Under the pieces are notes generated by a model that saw only the letters and a list, made by a program, of their open reading frames with translations, was not told the origin of the DNA and did not search any database. A DNA stretch of 62,620 nucleotides, counting the filler, from Sphacelaria rigidula (taxonomy: Eukaryota): assembly GCA_964200075.2 (NCBI GenBank). It is 6 parts of 6 records of this genome, joined end to end, with 100 filler letters (N's around TTAATTAATTAA, not from the genome) between each part and the next. Parts side by side here need not be neighbours in the genome. Positions count along the whole stretch, not along the records: positions 1 to 10,354 come from CAXNAA020006671.1; positions 10,455 to 20,808 come from CAXNAA020006672.1; 4 more parts are not named here. One strand, given 5' to 3'. A program made the position numbers and the translations under genes. Positions 1 through 10,810 of the stretch are shown piece by piece. Within the stretch, counting starts at the first letter, position 1; each line of letters begins with the position of its first letter.

Positions 1-159
1 GCACTCCCACCGTGGTGCCTATCCATACATTCGCTGGACATGTCTGCCCTCGGGTGGGCATGTCTGACGGGTGGAGCGACTCGAAGCGCTGCACACAACT
101 AAAAATAGCGAAGTGCATGGTTTAAGGTTCCTTCCTGTTCCCTGGGGACAGAAGAAAAG

Positions 160-241
160 AAAAAGGTGTAGACTGGCGTCCAGAATAGATGGGATGCTAC
201 TCACACACTCACACACACACACACACACACATACACACACC
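160..241 (+). repeat. Retroposon-like 3' tail motif followed by (CA)n
   Basis: AGGTGTAGACTGGCGTCCAGAATAGATGGGATG then (CA)n. Related copies at 31190-31262 (-) and 50870-51000 (+). Confidence 0.6.
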
Positions 242-1047
242 TGCAACAAAAGCTCGGAAATGGTTTGTCTTGATGATTTGGTCACCGAGCGGAGCGACCA
301 ATAGCAAAAAAGCTCCCCAGTGGAGGGGGGCCCGCCGAAGGCGCCCCCGGAGGGCCCCGCCGTGCGGGAGGCACGTTTTCACACGATAAGGCTTCACGAA
401 AGCTAAAAAGTACGTTCGATTTGGCCCAATTTCTAAAGGGCTGTATGTAGCATACGTAGCAGGTAATGGCTTATAAGGCCGGGAACGGTAAAAGATGGTT
501 TGTAACCATTGTCCAAAATTTTCATATTACCATTATAATGATGATGGCCAGATATAACTGGTACCATTTCCGAGCTCTACCTGCAACTGTTGTTCGGTGT
601 TGCTGCCAGACTGAATCTTACACGCTACTGTCGTTTTCACACAGAAAATCGCAATCAGCGCCCATCCATATCCACCTTTGTGGCATCGAAGGATGCTTCT
701 CAAGTTTTTTTTCGGAGCCCAAGGCCTGGTGAGCTCCTCGTCTCACCAAACAGTTGTAATCGGGCGCTGTACGAGTAGTGGTAATTGCCGTTTTTTCACC
801 AAGTAGTGACTCTTTTCGGTTCATGGCGTATGCGACAGGCACGGTAAGTCCTTCACCGCTATTTACGATTTACTATTCATTTTGCAACCGATTTTTCCAT
901 ATTCAGGCCATTTCCCTTCTTGAGTCATGTCGGTCTGCATTGTTGGGGCCCCTGCTTACGACATGTTTTTGCCGCGTTGTTGTACAAGTCATCGCACTAC
1001 TCATTTTTGGTTGTTAACTCGCACTCTGGTGACTTGACGCGCCGCAG

Positions 1048-4000
1048 GATCGGCAAGTGGCGGGGTCAATGCTCGAGGGCTTTAAGGACAGACCAGACGG
1101 CATGCCATATGCCCTGTACATCCTGCAGACTCCGTCACCGAAACACACAGATCAGGTGAGCTACGACAGACACCCGTGATGGTTCGCTGCGCACTTTAAA
1201 AACGGTGACATTTTTTTTTCGTCTTCACATTTTATAACGTTTTCTCAATACCCGCGATCATGGGAATGGTCCTCCTCTCCGGAGATGCGTTTTCGATTAC
1301 ATTTCACCGCTTGAGAGGAGCACGAATGAGGACACCTGATTCCATGATCACGAGTTGGAGTGTTGCAATCAGCGACGTAATGTGAGATAATGATCTTGGT
1401 GTTTGTGTTTGTGTTTGTGTATGTGTATGTGTTTGTCTGATGTTATTCTGTTGTTATTCCTGTTGTTGTATGTTCTTGCTCTTGTTTGTTGCAGTTGCTG
1501 GTGGTGTTGTTATTGTTGTTATCGCTGCTTCCATCCTTCTTTCCTTTCTGAGGCCGTTGCTTCTGTCTTTTTCTGTTTTTTATTTTTCTTCCATTATTAT
1601 GTTCTTTTGTTGCTGCTCCTGACCACGGGCTAGATTGTTGCAATCAGCTCATGTGAGCATCAATCAATTCCGAAAATGGATGACGACGCAGATGTACTCC
1701 CTCCGTTCCCACGGTTGGTTATTTCATCACTTGATTGATTTAATGTCGCACAGGACCTGACCCCGCAGGGATCCAGCCGTGCCCCCATGATGGACGTACC
1801 GGAGATGAAATAAAACTGAAGAACTCGCTGAAGAAAAGAGAAGGAAGAAAGAACACGGGGAAAAAGTAGAACAGACAGCGTACGAGCTGGGCCGACCTAG
1901 ACGCGAATTTGTGCTTTGCAGACTTCGTCTCACCTCAAGTTTGCGAGTTGGACTTTGAAATTTGGTACGGAGGAAGAAAGGGGCATGCTGAAAAGCTGTC
2001 GATCGGTACGTGCAGATTTTTTTTTCGTGACTTAAGGCCAATAATCAGTGTATGGATCTGAAGAAAACATCACTAACTCACAAAAAAAAAGAATTTGCAC
2101 GTCCCGATCAGCAGCTTTCAGCTTGCCCTACTCTTCCTCCGTACCAAATTTCGAAGGCCAACTCACAAAATTGAGGTGAGACGGGGCGATTTAAAAATCG
2201 GGCCGGGCGAAATTCGGAACAACATTTTCGAGGCCATTTACAGACCCAGGTTCGGTACGTATGTCTTGAATCTTTGTGTGGGACCTCGCTAGGCCATAAG
2301 CAACCAAAAAGAGCCGGAAAGATTGATACACACATCTTCACTTGCGTAGGACGCTTTAGTGTAGCAAATATCATATTTGCACGAGAACACCCGTACCTCT
2401 TGAAAGAAAACATAAAAGGCAATTCTATTTTTTTCCTTGGCATGCCTTTGCAATTCTCCAAGATAAGTTTCAAATCTGAATAGTCCAATTTCAGGCAAAA
2501 AAGAGAGATGAGGTCCGAGAACATTGTCCATTTTCCCTTGGAACTGTTATTGTCTGAAACTCCCCTCAGAACATGAAAAACGAAAAATAACGATTCTTGC
2601 CTTCATTATGCACTAGCAATTCTCCGTACGAAATTTCAAAGCACAACTCTCAAAAACTGAGACGCAATATCCAATTTCAGTGCATTGAGTGTCTCTGCTC
2701 GAAATATCCCGTTTTAGTATAGAACCTTATGTGAGCCGTTTATCTAGACATATAACGAATGGGGCAAAAGTGGAGGTATCGATCGTTTCCCCGTGCTCCA
2801 GGTAATGTCCATACCAAAAATCGTCATCGTCCGCTATATATCGTTCGGGGTTTCATATCGAGTTTATTATGGACGCTATCTCCCCACCGTATAGGAATTA
2901 CTAGACATAAGATCGAATCAACGAGGAAAAAATGGCCCATACCTTCGAGCACATCGGCACCTTCCCCATGATGAGACGCTTGATACGATGTGCAGATCAC
3001 GGCCCAACTCGTCTGTGGCCATGAGGTATTGCTTTGAGAGCTTGAATCCGCATCTAGGCCGGCCCAGCTCGTAGACTGAGAGGATAAAAACAAATGACAA
3101 ATCAACGACAAAAAAAACTAGAAATGGCTTGCCTCTGCAACCTTGACTTCGTTGGAAGGTCTTGCGCAAAAAGCACACACCCATACCCAACAAGGAAGAA
3201 AAAAACCGCGGGAACATACCTCGGCTAGTCTATTTCGACCCGGTTATTTTGGGTATAAAGCTCTCATCCATTAACCCTACGGAAGTCGAACTACGATATA
3301 TTGATGGTAAGTCTATCCACGTGATGCTTGGTCATGAGCTCTATTTAGCAGGAGACATTTTTTTAGCTGCCTCTTAGCTGGTCACGACAAAAGTTGTATC
3401 TTCTGAGTAGAAATTGATATCCCAGGGTTTTGAGGCATGCCTCGCAGTCCCAATCACCAATTCGCCAATGTGGCTTGGTAGCGGTGAACCAACCTCGGGA
3501 ATCTATAAATTGCTTGCATGCTGTTCAGTCCGTGGGCGTGTTGGCGTTTGTCCGTTTTTAATTATCATCGTAAGGTGAGGTGTTGTTCAGCGGTGTGATA
3601 ATTCGCTGACCTGAGGAAGGGAAAGGCGGCCTGCCTTCACCAAAGGAACACCGTTGTCGCTCTCCACCCAAGGGTTCGGCAAAAGACAACAAAACGCATC
3701 CACAAGCGGGTAGTGACAAATGCGTTTCGTCGTCCTGAGTCAGCTGCGGTACTCAAATGGTTGGTCCGCAGTCTGTTGTTTTTTTCACGTGTTCTGTCAT
3801 GATTTCATTGTAGCCTCATCTGTTTTCCACGCAACCGTATTGTGGTTCACACTAGATTCGAGTAGAGGCTTAATTGGCACCATTGGGTGGGTTCTGCCGT
3901 GCCAGGTACGCCACTTCGCTTTGCACTCCTTGGAGCGCATGCTGAAACTAAGATGGCGGCCAGTGCACGACGCCAAAAGCAAGAACGGTTCGAAGAACGG

Positions 4001-7000
4001 TGCCGAGAACGCGGCGGCGGAACCGGCGCTGAAGCCGGGAGATCCGCCACCCCTGAGCTTGGCGGAGAAGGAGCAGCTGAAGGAATGTATGATTCAGGTC
4101 ATGGCCAGGGGAACCAGAGATGTGGCTCAAGAGGCCCAGTTCATCAAGATTAAGGTGACCACAATATTTTGCAGCCATGTCTTGTGTCGTGTTGAACCTT
4201 GGGAGTTTTCGGTAGAGTCGAGGTACCGCTATTGTGCAGTCGGTCTCATAGAAGGCGGTGCCGTAGGTGACGGTGTGCCTTGCCGGTGCGTGGCATACCA
4301 AAGCAATCACGTTTATCACCCTCAGGTCATGGTTTTTATGCTATTTGTGGCATCAGCCCAGCATGATTGAACTGGTATAGAGCAAGTGGTCGATACTTAT
4401 CTATGGAGTGAAGCAGATTAGATTTTGCTTTTTGGCACACTTTGAACCCCTCTTCTTGCTCCGGATGAGTCCGTGGTCTGTCTGTTTGTCTCTCTCAAGC
4501 GATCAAACTTTTTTCCCCCGGGACACATTTTGCATTTGTACTTCATCGTGAGTAGGATCAGCGCTGCCGCACCGCGTGGACTCTTGTCGAAAATAAATTT
4601 GTTCGCGACTCACGTCCTACTGTTTTCAACAAAAGGAAATGAGATACTGCACTTTCCCACCGTGGATGATGACAAGAGATTACGTCGTCAAAAATTGTGC
4701 TTCACATAGTATGGAACCTATCGTCTACTGCAAAAGACGCTACAGGCTGGTTGACGGTAAATGTCCGATATTCATTCCCCACCAGCTACAAACGCAAAAT
4801 TGACCCGATAGAAACATACTTGGCATCATAATGATGACCATGAGCAAGCAAACAGTGTGACAAGGCCAGATTTTTCCTCGCGTACTTTGCTATGGCGTTA
4901 GTAGTGGAAATGTTTCACACGTCGGACAGATCATGATCTGTCTGAAAATTACTTCTTCCCAGTATACTGATCCGGATCATGATCCGCATCATCTGACCCT
5001 ACTTTTCCATGTTTACTCCTTACGGTGCCGGACGCTGAGCATGCCGAGTAGTGCAAAGGTTGCGCTTTGGCTTTACTGACTCCGCTGTCACATATTTTGT
5101 ATGTTTGGACCAACGGACTCGAGAGTCTTCTTTCATTAGTTGTTTCAGACAGATCATGATCTGTCCGACGTATGAAATGTTTCTTGGGCAATTGGTGGCC
5201 TTCTAATTTGTTCTGAAATTAATATGTGGTTTTCCGTCTCAGCTTTTCCCAACGTCATCGCGCATTGACCGTTGATAACCGTCATCAACTAGGGAGTCTG
5301 ACGTTTTCCCCTGTACCTTTCGTACAAAAATTCCGATCACCCTCATATTTGGCAGTTTGGTAGATACGGGTGCTGCGAATTGAAAATAACACGTTGAAGA
5401 ACATTTCAGAGTTTATCCGCTCTCTACCGGCTTCCGGGGGGCCCAGCGTGAAGACCCCCAGAAGTCGGTGCAGATTGCCATAAAATTAAAAACACTCAAA
5501 TTTTACTCCTTCCGAGGTAGTCCGAGGAATATTTCCGCCATTTTTCGTTGCGTCACTTGAGAAGCTGATCCCAGACGGTCGATTTAACTCCTAGCGCACA
5601 AGGAAAACGTGATGGTATAGTCTTTGTCAAGTTACCAGGGGGTTCCGCGTACATGTTAATACTTCAATGCACAAACGGCCAATCGCTCATGCCGTTTTTT
5701 GTAGTTGGACCCTGAAATTTTGCATACGGGTGCTCTAAGACACTTAGAGACTGTACGAATGAAAGTCTGTCGGGTTTTTCCGTTTTTCGCCTGATATCCG
5801 GGGTCCCTGGAGAGTGAGTCTGACTCCCCCCTCCTGGGACCCCGGATATCTGGCGAATAACGAAAAAATCAAAAGACCCCGTTCGCGCAGCATTTTCAAA
5901 TATCTTCGAGCACCCGCATGCAAAATTGGCCTCCCGAAAACGGAGTGAGTAATCGCTGGGGAAAAAATTCAGTCTTTCGCCCTGAACCAGCCTGTATGGT
6001 GGAGACTGTACGCAGTATATGTTTTCCGGAGCGTGGATATTTTTACAAAGATATCGGACCCGCGTGTGCTTCCGACCTAGTGGCGTCAGTTGTACCATTA
6101 TAGCGGCGGGTACTTCCACTGTGTGACGGATGACTTTGACCGTACCGCAGGCGAGCCCTGTTCTTCGGATGACGACGTTGTGGTGGTACTCTCCGCGTTC
6201 GCTGTGTATTTACCCCCTTGATACTAACTACTGATGATCACGCCCGGGGGCGTGCACTGCTGCTTGAAGGGCCTACTATGCTTCGGCCGACAGCGCTTGT
6301 CACAAGTCCAGATTGCTCAACTATTTTCAAGCAGTTGTACTTTGATTTTCACCCGGGTAGCCTGGGGTCCCGCTGTAGTGCGGCCGTGCTGAGCTGGCCA
6401 TCCACCATAACGTGGCGATGAGATGGACGTTACTCGTAGTATTCGCAGCTGTACTATTGATGGGGTCCTTGAATGATTGTTTCCTGACTGCCTTTACACT
6501 CCGTGTTAACATCTCATCACGATATGTGCTCCAGCTGGCTTCGAGCAACGCGTCCTTGATTTGAATAATCGGGACCTCTAAATGTTTCCGATTGTTGAGA
6601 GTGTCCGTAGGATTGTATGAACGTGTGATTTTCCAGTATGCGCATGAATTTCATACGCACGAGAGACTAGATCCCTGGACCCCCATCCACATATATTCAT
6701 GTCAATGTGGCACCGAACAGAACGCTCTGTGTGGTGAAAGGTCAAGGATACTGGTATATTGTAGGGTGGAACAAATGAAATGGACCAATCACCAATTACA
6801 TTTTGACATGTGCGGGATACTTGAATCGAAAAGGTGGCTGATCTTGTGGCACAGCTGGCTGAACGAGATTATCCGCAGCGATGGGACAGCTTCCTTGACC
6901 AAATGATGCAGGTGCGATGATAACTGAGTGCTGTCGTACGCCTTCTTGTCTACCGGCTGGTGCATCCCAGGTTTCATCGCTACTACAGCCTGGAGGTTTA

Positions 7001-8093
7001 GATAACGCAGCTTCTCGTGATGTGTGGTTTGCACACCCTGGACAACAGGGCACATTGTCGAAAATTGTACTGAGTACATGATCGATTATTTCGTCTAATG
7101 TCCCGTACTACCGTACACAGTATCCTTTTTGATAGTGTAATCTGTTTTCCACGGTGTCATGGTTTTCGAAGCAAGTTTGGCGTCTATTGCCTGTACGGAA
7201 CAGCGTAAGTTAAGATATACTTGGATGCAGCAAGGTGGATCACGTTATCATCAAGTCACTGGGGGTCCGGGTGTGCCTCATGTTGTACACACAGGTTGGA
7301 CAAGTGAGGACCATCTGGATTTATCTTGTCAAGAACTGATGTCATCGCGGTGTTTGTTGATTTTTGGTGCAACACAGCTCACGAGGTGTGGAGGTCAACG
7401 GTCGCGACATGATTGGTTTTGTCATTATGAATGTCAAGCGTGTTGAATATACCCATGTATCGTGCTGCTGCCAATATCCTGCGTAGTATCTATCTGTCAT
7501 GTCTGCTGGTCGTATCCGTCATCGAACGCTGTAGCATACGTAACATACTGTTGTGACGTTTCCGTGCTTCCCCTGCGCGTGCGATAACGCCGTGGTACGT
7601 GCACCGGCGTCCATGTTTGATATTGCATTTGTATCTCAACCGCTGCGAACGAAAAATTCAATATACATCCACATGCCATGGAACAGTCGATTTTTTTATT
7701 CCTCGTGTATTGAATTCAATGGAGATATGTTACGCAATCCTTTCTCTTTTCCCTGTACTCTGTGTTTTCTTGATTCTACCTTTTCGTGTTCAGTTGACTT
7801 CGCGCGTTCTCCCGTTTGTCTCGTATCACCTGTGTGCATCCGTCCCTTCGAACTGCTTTTGCTTATTTGGTTTGGGGGCGTGAATGTTCCGATCACGCTT
7901 GGATTTTTGGCGGATATATCAATGTGCGTCAATCGATCAACGATGTAGCGTATGTTATGACGTAATGGTGACATATGATGGCGTTACCTTGTGCTTTCAG
8001 GCGTGGACAACGGGACCAACTCAGGCGGAGTTGGCGATGATGGTGCTAGCACGCCTGATAGAGGACTGTCACGACCTGGATTTCAGAAGCGAG
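1048..8093 (+). CDS. XPO5: Exportin-5-like karyopherin, N-terminal part; partial gene, exons 1048-1155, 3906-4154, 6834-6911, 8001-8093
   Basis: Four exons bounded by AG/GT, all phase 0, splice to DRQVAGSMLEGFKDRPDGMPYALYILQ..DQ|VRHFALHSLERMLKLRW..EKEQLKECMIQVMARGTRDVAQEAQFIKIK|VADLVAQLAERDYPQRWDSFLDQMMQ|AWTTGPTQAELAMMVLARLIEDC. By recall this follows the exportin-5 IBN_N/Xpo1 region (VRHFGL..K.RW, EWPQ.W, TQ.ELV..L.RL.ED). Start codon and 3' part not found on this contig. Confidence 0.85.
1883..3071. mobile_element. Non-autonomous Tc1/mariner-like DNA transposon (MITE) in an XPO5 intron
   Basis: About 27-bp TIRs (CGAGCTGGGCCGACCTAGACGCGAATT left; CGAGCTGGGCCGGCCTAGATGCGGATT right, reverse-complemented), with TA on both sides (1881-1882, 3072-3073). 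No transposase ORF. Confidence 0.8.
4907..5183. mobile_element. Small MITE with about 46-bp TIRs, each containing a palindrome
   Basis: GAAATGTTTCACACGTCGGACAGATCATGATCTGTCTGAAA at 4907 and its inverted copy ending at 5183. Each arm contains the palindrome GACAGATCATGATCTGTC. Confidence 0.7.
5715..5930. repeat. Imperfect ~215-bp palindrome, probably the centre of a DNA-transposon relic
   Basis: AATTTTGCATACGGGTGCTC / GAGCACCCGCATGCAAAATT and GATATCCGGGGTCCC / GGGACCCCGGATATC are arranged symmetrically around ~5820. Confidence 0.65.
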
Positions 8094-8460
8094 GTAAAAC
8101 AGCGCTTATGGGCAAAAACATAGATGAAGTAGTTTATGCTGGTTTATCCAACTCGTTGGGTCTTCTTTTGTCCCTTTTGTGGGGTCTCCTCCGGTAAGCG
8201 TTTCCGCTTGTTTGCGTAGCGTACGTCCATCTAGTCACCACAGCTAAAAGCCTCGTGGATGAGTCATCGTGCGACAATCAACCATGAATGAACAGTTAAT
8301 CAATCGTGGATCCACAGATGGATCAGTGAGTGTCTATCTATCTATTGTATGGTCACTTCAAGGCTCAGACAAATCAATGATTCCTTTGGAAATCACTTGA
8401 ATTTTTGTGATTGATTCATACCGTACGAATCAATCCTTCGGCTTTGTTTCCAGCGTTGCA

Positions 8461-8812
8461 CAGTAGAGTTTACCATTCGGTAGTTGAAAGATAGTTCTCG
8501 GAAATTTCCGGTTTGTGGACAGGTGCGTATTGGATTTTAGTGTTAATACCGAAATCCGGATCTTTGTGGGAGGCTATGCTCCTGGCGTGCTCCTAGCGTG
8601 CGCAGAACGCGTTCTTGTCTTAATCGGCGCCTGGAGCGCCGATTTGAGGTCTGGCAACACACACTTCGCCTAGCCCCTCTTGCCCGAGGTTTCTCGGTAT
8701 GTCTTCATTGGGGTTAGGGTTAGGGTTGGTGTTGTTCGAAATGCATCAGCACCTGCACAAACCATAAATTTCCGAGAACTATCTGTCAACTACCGAGTGG
8801 TAAACCCACCTC
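8461..8812. mobile_element. hAT-superfamily MITE carrying (TTAGGG)2
   Basis: About 60-bp TIRs (GTTTACCA[T/C]TCGGTAGTTGA[A/C]AGATAGTTCTCGGAAATTT...), perfect 8-bp TSD GCGTTGCA (8453-8460, 8813-8820), GGGTTAGGGTTAGGGTT at 8711-8727. Confidence 0.8.
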
Positions 8813-10354
8813 GCGTTGCATGCCAGGTACGCGCAGCCCACGCACGTGGAATGGCACAAAAGTCGGGTGGAGATCTCTTTCGACCAGCGGTCAACTTTTT
8901 CTTCTCTTTTGAGCAACCAGCGATGAAAAGTTGTGGATTTGGTTATTTGAACCGGCGATGATTCGTCTGAACCGTGGATCATTCTTACAAGAAATACTGG
9001 GGTAAAAAACGACGAGCAGTACCTTTTGCCACACTTTTGTAGGTATTCGAGGATATCGCCTGAGTCGATACAACTTCTGACTTTGATTTTCTTTTAAAGC
9101 ACGATAACAGTAAGATAAGAGGTTTGAGTATCACGGGATCCTATGGCAGTGCGGGGCCTTGGTCGCTTGAAGAAAATTAATATTTGAGTATCTGCTCTTT
9201 TAGCCCCGGGGATACGGTCATACCCCGTCACGTTCATGTGCGATATTTTTTCATGGATTGATTCATTGATCGATCGTCGCACATTGACTGCTCCCACAGG
9301 GATGTGTCATTTTTACATTGAGCTTAGCTATTTCCCCGCTTGAAGATTGTGTCGGTGTACCTGTTTGTTCTTACTCCGCCTACGCAACCTTCACTGCAGC
9401 GCTGATCACTTGTTGTTGGCTTGTGTAGACGGAGGTGACTTGATGAAATAGTATAGAAAACCCTTGCGAAAGTAGCATCACGAAACGCACCGTCTCGTGA
9501 CTTACTGTATATGTAGCTGTTGCAAGGCCTCTGAGTAACAACCAAAGATGCCTTGCAACTTTTTTTTCCATTGCCGTAGCTGATGGAGTAAACACCCGCC
9601 GTCATGGCAACGTTTTCGATTTCGATTTTCCCGCAAAAAAGCATGGGCCACACCGCTGGAAATGGGTAATTGGAAACATCATTTCGAGAGAGAGATTCTC
9701 GGACAGAGACGGCCCCTTGTCGGGCGAGAGACTGAAGTCACAACCAGAACTGTTCTGCCTCGTCACCCTGAGCAAAACCATCAAAGTTCTAGCGGCGCAC
9801 ATCTATTTTGACTGATGCCACGTGTGTGTTGATTTCCGGCCGGCTAGGCGTGGAATATGATATTTCCTTCTCGTACTTCCATTCTCTACCGTCTGAGGGC
9901 GTTAGCGCGTGTTCTTATTTTGTTTTTCTCTGATTGCTGTACGTGCTACGTATCCCGCCATTGCCCAGATGGATTTCAGCAGGCGAGATCCCATCCTTCG
10001 CGGCATCAACGAATTTCTCCCACGGCTAATGCCGACATGTAAGAGTCATCCCGCACGAATCATCATCCGCAAAGAGCGGGAGTAGGAAGCTTTGCGTTTT
10101 CGAGAGGTATCCCGCACGTAATGGTCATCTTGTCATCTCGTCATCCCGCACGTATTTCGAACGTATTCCGAACGTGGAAGTGATGCCGTGTGTTGGATTT
10201 CGCCGCACGTACGAGTCATCCTCCATGCGGCAGGCATCTCGTTTGTCATGAAGCGGTTTATTTTTTGCGGTCGACCCTGGTGTTCCCGCCCTCTCCCCCC
10301 CCCCCCCCCCCCCGCCCGGCTGGTTCCCCTCGGTGGGGCGCGTTGCGTTGGTTG

Positions 10355-10454
10355 NNNNNNNNNNNNNNNNNNNNNNNNNNNNNNNNNNNNNNNNNNNNTT
10401 AATTAATTAANNNNNNNNNNNNNNNNNNNNNNNNNNNNNNNNNNNNNNNNNNNN
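10355..10454. other. Artificial contig linker N44-TTAATTAATTAA-N44
   Basis: Identical 100-bp spacer with stops in all six frames, repeated five times in the window. Confidence 0.98.
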
Positions 10455-10529
10455 CATACATACATACATACATACATACATACATACATACATACATACA
10501 TACATACATACATACATACATACATACAT
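10455..10529. repeat. (CATA)n microsatellite at contig start
   Basis: Perfect tetranucleotide run. Confidence 0.95.
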
Positions 10530-10810
10530 GAAACATTATAGCACGGCTACGGTTTTAAGAATGTAACGTGTATGTAATAAGCTACAAGTGGAAACGATAT
10601 GTCCTTCGAACGGTGGGAACTGGTCGATATCCGAATCGCTTCAAATACCATTTGAATGATACGTATCACCACTGGCAGCAGTGCATGCAACTGGTGGCGT
10701 AAGATGTCCGGGGTGATCACAGGTTGACACCGCTTCGTATTGTCTTCATTCAATAACGTCAACAACGACATGTGTTGCCCTTTGTCCATCCACGGGCCTG
10801 ACCGCTACAG

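Noticed and set aside
10399..10410. Palindromic TTAATTAATTAA recurring every ~10.45 kb
   Set aside because: It sits within fixed N runs and is an artificial six-frame-stop linker, not biology.
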